Both the position numbers and the translations under genes were made by a program. Shown piece after piece: positions 48,301 to 59,409 of a stretch of 64,000 bases of DNA; position 1 is the first letter of the stretch, and the number at the start of each line of letters is the position of its first letter. The DNA is from Blepharisma stoltei ATCC 30299 (lineage: Eukaryota; Protista; Ciliophora): NCBI GenBank assembly GCA_965603825.1, contig CBFDEM010000024.1, forward strand, positions 496,001 through 560,000, read 5' to 3'. The notes under the pieces were generated by a model. The model saw only the letters and a program-made list of their open reading frames with translations, made no database searches and was not told the DNA's origin.

Positions 48301-51300
48301 GAAATTACAAAAATAGTCATAAGCAGACGAAATTATATAGCAAATTAAAGGAATAATGATAATTCCTACAATATTTGCTGAGGAGTCGTTCAGCTCGTCT
48401 CCAGCACCTCTGAGTTCTTTGCTAGTAAAATTGTGGGCATTAGTAATGCCGAGATAGCCTATCATGAATCCAACTGATAAAATAAATTGAGTTATAGTGA
48501 TTCAGTTAAAGACATTGGTCTCTTTTCATACTTGGCATAATATTGTTAGGACCATGCATGGAAATAAGCTGAATTCAAGCAAAGATAAATCTGAACTCCT
48601 CCCTGAATCACTGACTATATAAAGGTTAACACTGACTATTAGCAATAAAATAGCAGCAGTATGTATGAGACCTAGTGCAATATAAATGGCCAACTGCTTC
48701 AAATTAAGAAATTCATTGGTGATCCCTTTTGTGTATATTCTAGGATTATATAAAATTTGTTCTTTTGAAGCTCGCTGGTTAAATATCCCTAGAGCGATAA
48801 TAGGGAAAATAGTATAGAAAATATTGAAGCCTACTATAAGTCCGCCATTAAAGATAGAAAATCCTGAATAGTCAGAAGCAAGGAAAAAGCCAAAAATAAT
48901 CATAGTCATTACAAAATTTTTATATAAAAATAGAAGCACAACTTTGCTCATTTTACTATAGCTCCAATGACCATAAACAAGCAACACATTTTTAAGATAA
49001 GCAAAATGTGATATCGAGAGCTCTGCATAATTTTTAGCCTCACTTTCTTCTTTTCCAGTAATCCCCACACCTATATCTGCTTCTTGGAGCATCGAGATAT
49101 CGCTGCTTCCATCTCCAATAGCTAGTACTAACGGTTTAAATCCAAAGCTGGTCTTCAGCAATTTTACCACATCAGATTTATCTTTCGGCATCATTCCAGA
49201 AAAGCACACAAATTTAGCAGAGAATAGCAACGCCACAAAGAGTTTCCTTGTTTTGTTATCTTGTACAGCAGCTCGAAAGGAAACTCTATCACAAGACATA
49301 ACAAAATCTACTTGGCTTGGATTGAATTCTCCCAGATTGATGTCTTCAAAGGATATCCCAATTCTTGAGAATTTCCTAAACACAATTGGCTTGTTTGGCT
49401 GAGTTCCTTTTCTTGTTTGTGATCTATCTTCATGTAGGGATTCTGAAGCATCTAAATGCTCACTTTCCTTAAGGCTGTCGTCTAGATCTCTGCCATTGGG
49501 GTCGTTGACTTCAAGGTCGCCGATGCTGTCTACCCTTTCGATTTCTCCAATTTTTGAATGAAAAACGTAATTTTCTAAGCCTTTTTGTAGTGCTTTATAT
49601 ACTTGATGGGAGGCGCCCAAATTTTGAAGCTTAAAAATAGGTTCATTTTCAATTAGTTCACAAGAGATTGCTGTGGAAATGCAAGAGTTTTCATTATCCC
49701 CGCTTGCCATTCATATTTTGATCCCTGCTTCTCTTAGATCACTTATTGCAGACTTTGTATCACTTAAAACGATATCTTCAATTCCAGCAATCCCTAAATA
49801 CTCCAAATTGGCTTCTAAATCTTTATATGCGTTCTCGATCCTCAATGTTTGGTTTAACAGTGAGTTTTTAGCTGCTTGGACTTTATTTTGGAAATCAGAC
49901 AGCTCAAGCGCCGTAAGTTGTTTATAGGCTAACACCATTGTCCTAAGCCCCTGCTTGCCTAACTGGTCTATTTGGTTGTTTATTGTATTTATTAGGTCAG
50001 TTTCCTTTTCAAAATATTCAAGCATCGAGAAATGTGACCCTTTTATATATAAAAATGCAGCTTCTTCGTCATTTTTCTTTACAATTATTTTAGATTGCTG
50101 AGTTTCAGGGTCGAATTCTCGGGAATCAATGATAGTAAACATAGAAGAATTCTCTGGGCCTTCAATTTCGACTTGGTCTGCCATTTTGTTGCGAAGAATA
50201 TAGCCAAGGCGAGCTGCACCTTCAGCTAAAGCAATTTCATCAGCTGATGGGCCGTAATATTTATTCCATTGAATTGTTAAGGAATTGCACATTGCTAAGC
50301 ATCTGATAAAATTGGTCTTAAGAGAGCCAGAGTTTTCTTTTTCAAGGGATTTTCGGAGCCTTTCAAAAGAGTTGTCACATTGAGGGGATGGGTCTTGGTC
50401 ATATCCTTCTCTATATGTATGTTTGGTAGAAAATGGAACTTCAGTAAGGTTTTTCTGTCTTCCATCATCAGAAACTGCTGAAAGACGGTTTTCAAGGGTA
50501 TCTGAAGGAGATTCATCATCAACGTATTCTTCAAGTCCTACAAAGCAGGCTTTAAGCATGAGCTGGTTTTCAGTCAAAGTTCCAGTCTTATCAGTGATTA
50601 CATATTCCACTTGCCCCAAGTTTTCATTGACATTGGTAGACTTAAACTCAACGTTTCCACACATTTGGTACGAAATCAGCTTGCTTTGGAAAAGCCTAAT
50701 AAAATCCATCACCACAAATAGCGAAATTGGGAAAATATTGCTATAAAGGATCAGGTATACGACTAGAGCCTCAAGGAAGTGGTAATTTCCAAAGTCACTT
50801 TCAGAGGCATAGTAATAGAGGAACAAAGAAATGATAACTAGAATAATTTCAAAGGCCAAGATATATACCACCCATTTGTTGAGCAGCTTTTCGAGCTTGC
50901 TGGTTTTTCGTAATTGATTTCTGATATTCATCTGAATTTTGCAATTTTCTCCAGCGTATACTACAAATCCTAGTGCCCATGTTGTATTTTTAAGTACTGA
51001 GCCTCTCATCAGCAAATGTTTAATTTGTATTTCAATTCCTTTGGGATGCCCAGCCAAAATCATTAGCCCTTGGAAGCTCAAGACATCTCTATTGGCTTCT
51101 TCCACTTTGACCGACCCATACATTTTTTCAAGCTTTACGCCTAAGTCAGCTCCTCCACTTAAAAATTTTTGTGTCTCAGATAAAGCTTGCCTTTCTATGA
51201 GGTTTCCATTTCCCAACACACTTGTGGTATCAATATAAATATTACAAGACTCATTACTGCAGGCTAATAAAACCATGTCGGCAGGCACTGTTTCTCCATC

Positions 51301-51711
51301 ATTTACAAGCACAAACATGCCGACTTCGAGGTCTCCTGACTTGATTTTTTCAAAAGTGACGCCATTCCAATGGAGGTATTCTACTGAGTTAACTTTAATG
51401 TCTTCTTTATGTCTATTATAGTCATCTTTAGCTTCTTTTATAAAGGACAGGCAGATTAAAAAGGCTAGCGGAGCTATTGTGGTTCATGGGTCAACTGGAT
51501 TGAGGTCTCAAGGTATAAGTTGAAGAACTGATATAAACAAGAATCAAATATTGGGCAATCGCTGAAATTGCTCAAAAAGGTTTCTTGGAATGATAGTGAA
51601 AAAATTATAGCGGGCAGATATAACTGTATTGCTAGGGAATATGCTGGAAGGGTGGCCGTTTGAACCGTCGACTAATATTTCACTCCAGTTAACTTCTTCA
51701 GGATTAAGCAT
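45388..51711 (-). CDS. Alveolate-type bifunctional P4-ATPase-like / guanylyl cyclase (2107 aa)
   Basis: One frame with TGA=Trp: IPRNLFEQF, PISL, DKTGT, IKIW(TGA)MASGD and LAIGDG, then two TM blocks and two class III cyclase domains. Confidence 0.93.
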
Positions 51712-51901
51712 ATTTATTATGAGACTCGTTATTCACTATTTTCGAATTTTCAACATATTCTTCGAATTAAAACGCATAAGAATTATTGAATAATTTAGGA
51801 AAATTATGGAAAATTATTATCCATCTTGAGAATTCGAAAATTGAGATTAAAACAAGAAGAAAGATTAATATTTTTTATGAAAATAGAGAGAATAAGCTTA
51901 C

Positions 51902-52823
51902 TTAATATTCCTCATCTTCCATATGAAAACCTCCAGCTACTTCTTCATTGAGCACGTCATCATATTTTCTGTAATTCGGAATTCCTGCTATTTGTGTAGA
52001 ATTCGATAAAATTTTTTCTTCACCCCAGTTAACCAAATCTTTAATCCCTCCAACTGTGACTTCTTGGATATGTTCAAAAGTATCAGGATATAAATAAAAA
52101 TAAGTCCCGGCACTTATGAATATAAGGAAAAATAAAATCCTGAAGGTTAGATCACAGCAGGAAATTCCACGTTTTCTGTAAAAATAAATAGGAGAAAGTG
52201 TTTCCCAGAATCCAGCCTATATAGAAATTTACTCTGTCATCGTACATGTTAGGGAAAATCCAAAATTCAATACCGAAAATAAATAATAAGCCGAATACTA
52301 TGTATCGAATCAGGGTTACTCCGAGAATTAAGCATAAAAGAATAACAGATAAATACCATAAGCCTAATTTTGCCCAGATTGGCCAGATAGGGAAGCAGCA
52401 GGCTAAAATAACGCCGATAACTAAAAACATTAGTAAAGGAGCCTGCCACCATTTCTTCTTAGCTACCTTCTCGCTTCATAAATAAAAACCTTCTTTTTCA
52501 AATTTCCTAATCCTTGATGGGAAAAGATTCAAAGGAGTTTTTGATTGCTCATTTCTGAAGGCAGCTTCTACCCTTATAATTAACTTGTTTTCGACAAGTC
52601 TGCATATATTTTACTCATCTGCAAAGTCAGAAATATCTTTGGCATTGCTGAGATCTTTATTGTAATGTACCCATTCTTTGTTTTTGAATACACAAAGCAT
52701 GAAGTCCTTGCCTTTGAAATATGTGACTTTTTTGCCTTGAAAGTTCGAAGTGCGCTCTCTGAGGCCTAGGCTTCTGATTTTACGACAGAGATGCAAAAGC
52801 TTCTCGGCATTTTGATCACTCAT
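51902..52823 (-). CDS. SEC62: ER translocation protein Sec62
   Basis: YFKGKDF, FYLW(TGA), CCFPIWP and FWIFPNMYDDR|AGFWETLSPIY. Introns 52600-52614 and 52217-52232 (16 nt). Confidence 0.88.
52217..52232 (-). other. 16-nt spliceosomal intron (representative)
   Basis: GTAAATTTCTATATAG. Removal shifts into the conserved Sec62 frame (GFWETLSPIY). Confidence 0.88.
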
Positions 52824-53159
52824 TATATTATTTGTTTAAAAAATTATCACTAGAAAAGCTGATATCCAAAGTTTGTAAAAAAAACGCTTACTATGCTTTT
52901 GCTAAAGGCATTCTATTGCCAGCCTGTCTGGTAGCTGTATATTTTATAATAAAAATTAATATTTTCTAATTCGATGAAAATCTCCTAATGTAAAAGAGGA
53001 AGTAAATTATTTTTTATGATATTTTAAAAGCTGTGCTAAACTCCAATAAATATAATTATCGTTGCTCAGGGAATCCTTTAATGTGTCAGTAAACCATAAT
53101 TTAGGTTTTATTTGAAGATTTGTGAAAAATAGAATAATGAATGCTATAATCTGAATAGA

Positions 53160-53500
53160 CTATGCAATCATAATCATAAACGCAGATGAAAAAGCAAGAA
53201 GTGATACTCTATAATCTTTCGTATCATTTTGCGCTGCATAAAGGCTTGCTCAAGCACCTTCATTATGCAGTCTTTAGAATTCTGAATATGGATACTGCTC
53301 GTAATAAACTGAATAATGATTAAACTATTTATACCACTTGCATTCCAATAAAGCTTTGGCATTGTTGCGTATAATCTCTCATTGAGTGGTATTTATTTAT
53401 ATTTTGAATATGAATTCATTTTTTCTAAGGCTAAGCAATTAAGAATAAGGCCGATCTCTAGAGAACAGGTTACAATAAGCCTATTTTACTACCGATTAAG
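53160..53500 (-). pseudogene. Decayed C-terminal relic of the Cys-rich surface protein family (paralogs at 56760 and 58135)
   Basis: Frame-broken peptides AYCNLFSRDRPY, HSMRDYTQQC, KLYWNAS and QNSKDCIMKV plus a hydrophobic tail. These match AYCPIFPGDAPY, HTLRRYTYQC, KLYWNSD and QDAQDCILQT in the same order. Confidence 0.75.
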
Positions 53501-53532
53501 CTAAGGAGATTAAAATAATAATCTTATTAAGG

Positions 53533-55875
53533 CTACATTATAATATTATAGCTCCTTTCCCCAAGAGCAGCTCTTTTAAACCCATTATTCTTCCTCACAG
53601 GAGCAGGGCCATTATTTTCTCCATATCTATCTTTTGACGTATATTCAGTCTCAATCCCTTTCATCATCATTTTTTCTTTTATTTCTGCAGCCCATTGGAT
53701 TTTCACTTTATCTTTTGAATGGTGAAGATTTTTCAATAAATTATTATAAACGTCTTCAGCCAGTCTTACATTTAATGCAAAGCTATCATTTGCGATTCTA
53801 TATGCTGCATCAAGTTGTCTAGCATAGACACAGCCATTAACAAGGGTGTTAAAAGTGACTTTATCTCCTTTGACTCCGTTATTTTTCATATCTTGATAAA
53901 TTTCTAATGCTTTATGGATCTGTTTAGATCTAATACAAGCTTGTAATAAGCAGGTATATACGATCATTCCTGGGGCGACTTTTACTTTTTTCATATCTTC
54001 TAACACGTCTAAAGCTTTATTCACTTGCTTATTTTTTCCATATAGCTTGATTAAAATAGAAAACGTCACATTGCTTGGTTTTATTCCAAGATTCTGCATA
54101 TCTAAATATAGATTTTGTGCGAGTTCGGAGTTTCCTGACTTCGCGCAGCCGTCTAATAAAGAGTTATAGAGGACCTCGTCAGCTTGAATATTGTGGTTTT
54201 TCATCTCATTCATTATCCCTATAGCTTTTTCGATCTCGCCTGACTTGCAGAAGCCTTTAATCATGGTAGAAAATGAAATTAAATCAGGAGCCATTAGTTT
54301 TTGCATTTCTTCAAATAATTTGGAAGCAACTTCCATATCTTCACATCTCACAGCGCAGTCTAATAATGAGTTATAAGTTACATTATTTGGCTGAACTGTC
54401 AAGTCTGCTTTCATAGTCGAAAACACTTCAAGAGCTTTCGATAAATCTTGGGACTTTGAAAATCCCTTAATCATTGTTGTGTATAATATCGTGTTCAGGG
54501 CAATGCCTTCTTCTTGCATTGTACTAAATACTTTTTCAGCTGTCTCAATTTCACCTGACTTTACACAAGCGTCTAATAAGCACCCATAAGTGACATCATT
54601 TGGCTTGAGGTTGAGCACCTTCATTTCTTCAAATGCAGATAATGCATTTTTCATCATATTAGCTTGTCCATAAGCTTTTATCATAATCCCATATGTAATT
54701 GAGCTTGGCTGGACCCCATTTCCATGCATTTTTTTGAAAATTTCTTTTGCTTTAGCTAAGTCGCCGAATCTTACACAAGCGTCTATAAGACAGTTATATA
54801 AAATTTCATCAGGCTTTGACTCACAATTTTCTAAAAGTTTAAAAGCTCTATCAAGCTCCGCAGTGCATTGTTCGCCTTTGATGCCTTTAACAAGTGTGGA
54901 ATACGTAAAATTGTCAGGGCAAACTCCCATGCTTTGCATTTCTTCTAGAATGTCCCATGCTAGACTCATTTTGTTTGTCTTCACACATGCATCCATTAAG
55001 GAGTTATAAGTGACTTCATTGGGTTTTAGGCTATTTTCTTTCATTTCTTTGAGGATTTCAAAAGCTTTTTCAAGCTGCTTTGTCTGTCCGAAGCCTTTGA
55101 TTAAAGTGTTATAGGAAATTTCATCAGGTTTAGATGATGAAATTTTCATTTCTGTGAAAAGTTCTAAAGCTTTATCAAGTCTTTTAGCGCTTACACAAGT
55201 GTCTAATAAACAATTATAGAGAATAACGTCTGGGATTACTGCTGAATTTCCTTTAAGCTCAGTAAGAAGCTCGAAAGCTCGAATTAAATCAGCATTTTCC
55301 CCTTCAGATTTAATGCCTTTTATTAGTGTAGAATAAGTAAAGTTGTCAGGGATGGCACCATTGGCTTTCATTTCATCAAGAAATGCCCATGCTTGATCCA
55401 TTCTGCCGCTTTTTACACAAGCATCAATTAAGGAATTGAAAGATTCTAAGGTCGGTTTTACATTATGAGTAATCATACTTGTATAAACAGACAAGGATAA
55501 AGGAAGCCTTAAAGTCTTGGCACAGCAATCGAGGACTGCATTGTAGACAGAAATATCTGGGGTTATTCCAGATGTTTCAATATCTTTTAGAAGTTGGTAG
55601 GCTTTATCAATCTGATGGGATTTTGTTAGAAAATTAATTTTCTTGATGTAGAATTTGGTTGCTAAGTTTTCTTCTGATTCTTCTATAGGCTTTTCAATCT
55701 TTTCCACTCTTACGGTGGATTCATATATTTGGGATAGGCTTGGCTCTGATGGTTTTGACTCCGTTGCATAAAAGGCTAAAAATAAATAACCAAGTACAAA
55801 GCACATTATTCCAAGGAGTTCAGGAATATACGGAGCAATAAGATCAGAAAAGGACGATATAACTTCGCTTGACAT
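53533..55875 (-). CDS. P-class pentatricopeptide repeat protein with N-terminal TM segment
   Basis: Roughly 17-18 35-aa repeats (PDxxxYNxLID/TLIKG). Confidence 0.93.
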   Translation of the reverse strand: MSSEVISSFSDLIAPYIPELLGIMCFVLGYLFLAFYATESKPSEPSLSQIYESTVRVEKIEKPIEESEENLATKFYIKKINFLTKSHQIDKAYQLLKDIETSGITPDISVYNAVLDCCAKTLRLPLSLSVYTSMITHNVKPTLESFNSLIDACVKSGRMDQAWAFLDEMKANGAIPDNFTYSTLIKGIKSEGENADLIRAFELLTELKGNSAVIPDVILYNCLLDTCVSAKRLDKALELFTEMKISSSKPDEISYNTLIKGFGQTKQLEKAFEILKEMKENSLKPNEVTYNSLMDACVKTNKMSLAWDILEEMQSMGVCPDNFTYSTLVKGIKGEQCTAELDRAFKLLENCESKPDEILYNCLIDACVRFGDLAKAKEIFKKMHGNGVQPSSITYGIMIKAYGQANMMKNALSAFEEMKVLNLKPNDVTYGCLLDACVKSGEIETAEKVFSTMQEEGIALNTILYTTMIKGFSKSQDLSKALEVFSTMKADLTVQPNNVTYNSLLDCAVRCEDMEVASKLFEEMQKLMAPDLISFSTMIKGFCKSGEIEKAIGIMNEMKNHNIQADEVLYNSLLDGCAKSGNSELAQNLYLDMQNLGIKPSNVTFSILIKLYGKNKQVNKALDVLEDMKKVKVAPGMIVYTCLLQACIRSKQIHKALEIYQDMKNNGVKGDKVTFNTLVNGCVYARQLDAAYRIANDSFALNVRLAEDVYNNLLKNLHHSKDKVKIQWAAEIKEKMMMKGIETEYTSKDRYGENNGPAPVRKNNGFKRAALGERSYNIIM

Positions 55876-56759
55876 TTTAATTTTAAATTATGAAGAATTT
55901 TAAATATGAAATTAAAATGGACGTTAAAGAAAAATGGAGCTCAAAAACATTAGAAATAAGTAAAAATAAAGGTCTTGGCCCTAAAAAAGTATATTTGGGG
56001 AATTAAATTAATTTTTAAACATTGGATAAATATACCACTATAATTTAGAAACAAATTTTTTATTAATTTTATATTGTTTTAATAATTGAATTGAGAGACA
56101 GGTATTTAAAAAAATCCTATAAATATGAAAAACATTTTTTATAGAGACTGTTCTAAATAAAATGCCTGCAATATTTACAAGATATATTAATAAGAATTGA
56201 TATAGAGTAGCATGAGAAATGCACAAGTGCCTGTTCAAAGCCTCTATATAGTTAATTATAATATTTATAGCATTTAAACAATTGCAAATTCATAAATGAA
56301 GAGCACAATAATCGTTATTAAAAATAATCAAATATATGATTTATTTCCTAGTTGCATATTTAACTGATGATTTTATGTGCTAAATATTTATTTCACTCAG
56401 AAATATTAAGAAAATTTGTAATTATAATTTTTAAGCTATTTATTAAAACATAGATTTCTAGAGTCTTCATTTTTATATAAGAAAAATCAATTAATCTCAT
56501 CTTAGAATTTTTATTATAGATTCTAACTAAGAAACCTGAAATCAAACTTATACCTAAATCAATAGATAATTATAAACATGCTCTTAATTTTTATCGTTTT
56601 ATTGTAAGAATACTCTTCTAACTCCACTTATCTGTTGGCATCTATTATTAAACAGCTATGAAGATCAGCATTCCTGTCAAAAATTTCATTATTACCCTTG
56701 TTCTATCACTATGCTCTCTTAACTTATTTTTCACTCGACATTTGTCGAGATAATAATAA

Positions 56760-57950
56760 ATGGCTTCCAGCTGCCTATTCTTTATTTCATTATTTTTAAT
56801 CATCTCAGCCCAAGAAGACTCCGAAATAATCGAATACGATTCCATTGGAACTCTTAGCCAATACCTCAATTTTGACCAATTTTCTCCTTCACCACTAAAT
56901 GACGCGTCTTGTCCATCTTATGCATGTAAGACGTCTAAAATGACTTTTGATAAAAACCAATGCGTCTATTATGATGCAGCCGACAATGCTTATTATGCCA
57001 AAAAATGCTCAACAAAAGATACTCATTGCAACATCACTTTAAATGCAAACTCAGTCTGCATACCAGATCCGGAGCCAGATATTATACTAAACTACCCTGG
57101 AGAGTCCTGCAAGAGTAGTGATAATTGCTTTAATTCTTTCCCTTGTGTTAATAAAGTCTGTCAAGGCTTAAGCCAAGGAGAAAGCTGCAGCAATACTATT
57201 TTTTGTGATGTCGGGCTATATTGCAATACCCCAACAGCAGGCCAAAATGGGACCTGCCAAGCACAAATTGACATTGGAAAATCAGGCTGTTCGGTTGATT
57301 TTGACTGTGTAAACGGTGCTGGATGTAATGTTCTAACCCCAGGGTATTCCACTTCTAATGAGTGCATAGCTTATCATTCAATTCCGCCTCATCAAGCTGT
57401 TGGGACTTGTGATGTGCACTCTATGAGTGAGCTCTGTCAATCTGAGTACTGTGAAAGCTTAAAAGGAGTCAATTATTGTACAAATTTACTTAACTCTACT
57501 CAAAAAATCCCTGTTAAATGCAATGCAAATACTCCGTGCTTATCAGCAGCTGACGATTTCTTTGAAGCAGACCCTTTTCAAATAAATGATAATTGCGTCT
57601 GTGGGTTTAATAAAGACAGAACAGCATATTGTCCTATTTTCCCTGGCGATTCTCCAAGAGTAAAGCTTAGAATTCAGCAAGATAAATGGCTAAGCAGCAC
57701 AAAAATTAATAGCTGCCATACAATTAGAAGATTTGCCCCAGAATGCCAAAAGCTATACTGGAATAGTGACGATTTTTATGCACTGGAGTATTATAGGGCG
57801 TATTCTATGTTGTTCCCATTCGTTCAGGATGCGCAAGATTGTATCCTTCAGACATTTTTCATAGATTATTATAATACCAAAAAGAGCTATAATGATGATG
57901 GTGCGGTCTCAATAGTGATTTCAGCGATATTATTAGGGTTTATAATATAA
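56760..57950 (+). CDS. Cys-rich secreted, probably GPI-anchored surface protein 1
   Basis: Signal peptide, about 30 Cys, PGESC and CDVGLYC motifs, hydrophobic C-terminus. Confidence 0.85.
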   Translation: MASSCLFFISLFLIISAQEDSEIIEYDSIGTLSQYLNFDQFSPSPLNDASCPSYACKTSKMTFDKNQCVYYDAADNAYYAKKCSTKDTHCNITLNANSVCIPDPEPDIILNYPGESCKSSDNCFNSFPCVNKVCQGLSQGESCSNTIFCDVGLYCNTPTAGQNGTCQAQIDIGKSGCSVDFDCVNGAGCNVLTPGYSTSNECIAYHSIPPHQAVGTCDVHSMSELCQSEYCESLKGVNYCTNLLNSTQKIPVKCNANTPCLSAADDFFEADPFQINDNCVCGFNKDRTAYCPIFPGDSPRVKLRIQQDKWLSSTKINSCHTIRRFAPECQKLYWNSDDFYALEYYRAYSMLFPFVQDAQDCILQTFFIDYYNTKKSYNDDGAVSIVISAILLGFII

Positions 57951-58134
57951 GTTAATTTTAAGCTTAAACATTTCTTTATAAAAAATATTTTTCTACTATT
58001 TTTAGTAGAAAATTTATAAATTAAAAGTTTCTTACATTTTGATTAATTTCCCTATAAATTGTTAATTACAATCAGCTTTTTAATCAGTAACGCCCAAAAA
58101 GGTCTCACCCCAATACCAATAATATAATCAATAA

Positions 58135-59331
58135 ATGGCATCTCTGCTAACTTATCTCTTTATCTTTTCCGTTTTCTATACTGCATCTTCTCAAGATCTT
58201 CTCCTTGATTCTTTATCTCTAAAATATTCAGATATTTCTGACCTTGATCCTTTATCCCTTGACCTTGATATTCCAGCATGTCCATCCTATACCTGCAAAA
58301 GAAAAGATCAATCTTTTACTAAAAAAACCTGCATTTTTTACAGTGCAGATGATGATACTTTTTACGTCGACAAATGCGCTGATAAGACTTTTTCTCTATG
58401 CAACCCAACCCAATCACTTGTAAATTCTACATGCACAATCCCGCAGAGGACAGTTATCCCATTAAGCTGGCCAGGAGAAAAATGCCATAACGCGTCAGAC
58501 TGTACCACAGGGTGCATTGCCTGCAAAATGGGATTTTGTATTGCCCAGCCTGAAGGATCTGGTTGTACCTCCTCTATGGAATGCAATGCAGGGCTTTTTT
58601 GTTCAATCCCAACTGGAGGCACTGGAGCTTGTGCACCCCAAATACCAGTAGGTGGGGTAGGTTGTACAAGTGATTATGATTGTGTAAATGGAGCTGGCTG
58701 CAATATAACGACACCTAATAGTGCTTCAGCTACTAATGTCTGTATACAATATTATACGTTAAAACCTCACGAAATTGTGTCTTCCTGTGTATCAAATTCA
58801 AATTTGTTATGCTCCTCTGGGATATGCAAAACTCAGTCTGGAATCAGCTATTGCAGCAATTCATTGGCATCAGAAAACTCAAATATACCGAATACTTGTC
58901 AGCGTGGATCTGTGTGCTCGTCAATTGCTGATAATTTTTTTACGACTCCTTTTGCGCTGACTGGACCTTGCCAATGTGGGCTAAACTCTAATGGGACTGC
59001 TTATTGCCCAATTTTCCCTGGGGATGCTCCGTATTTGGAATTTATAAACCAGTCGAAAAAAGGGTATAATAGCACTGATATAGCAAAATGCCATACGCTG
59101 AGGAGGTATACTTATCAGTGTAGAGAGCAGCATTGGGATAAGAAAAACTATGACAAGTTGCAGTATTATTTCACTTATGTAAATCATTACCCAGTAGTCC
59201 AGGAGTCTCCAGAATGCGTTGTGAAAATGTATCAAAGTGATTATTATCAAGCCAAATTAGAATATAATGATGAATTTGGCAGTGCTACTGCTATAGGAGT
59301 TTCTATTGTATTAGCACTAATTGCTGGATAA
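58135..59331 (+). CDS. Cys-rich surface protein 2 (tandem paralog)
   Basis: Shares CPSYxCK, DCVNGAGCN and TAYCPIFPGD with protein 1. Confidence 0.85.
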   Translation: MASLLTYLFIFSVFYTASSQDLLLDSLSLKYSDISDLDPLSLDLDIPACPSYTCKRKDQSFTKKTCIFYSADDDTFYVDKCADKTFSLCNPTQSLVNSTCTIPQRTVIPLSWPGEKCHNASDCTTGCIACKMGFCIAQPEGSGCTSSMECNAGLFCSIPTGGTGACAPQIPVGGVGCTSDYDCVNGAGCNITTPNSASATNVCIQYYTLKPHEIVSSCVSNSNLLCSSGICKTQSGISYCSNSLASENSNIPNTCQRGSVCSSIADNFFTTPFALTGPCQCGLNSNGTAYCPIFPGDAPYLEFINQSKKGYNSTDIAKCHTLRRYTYQCREQHWDKKNYDKLQYYFTYVNHYPVVQESPECVVKMYQSDYYQAKLEYNDEFGSATAIGVSIVLALIAG

Positions 59332-59409
59332 TTTAAAATAACTTAAATTCCTCATATGGAATTTATAATGCTTATTCTGAAAATAAAATTTCTTTTTAGT
59401 TTATATATC

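Noticed and set aside
53174-53362. 62-aa ORF MPKLYWNAS... as an independent gene
   Set aside because: It is one frame of the frameshifted Cys-rich family relic.
56734-56749. Inverted repeat CTCGAC-ATTT-GTCGAG just upstream of the ATG at 56760
   Set aside because: Only 6 bp and not shared by the paralog's upstream region; cannot be distinguished from chance.
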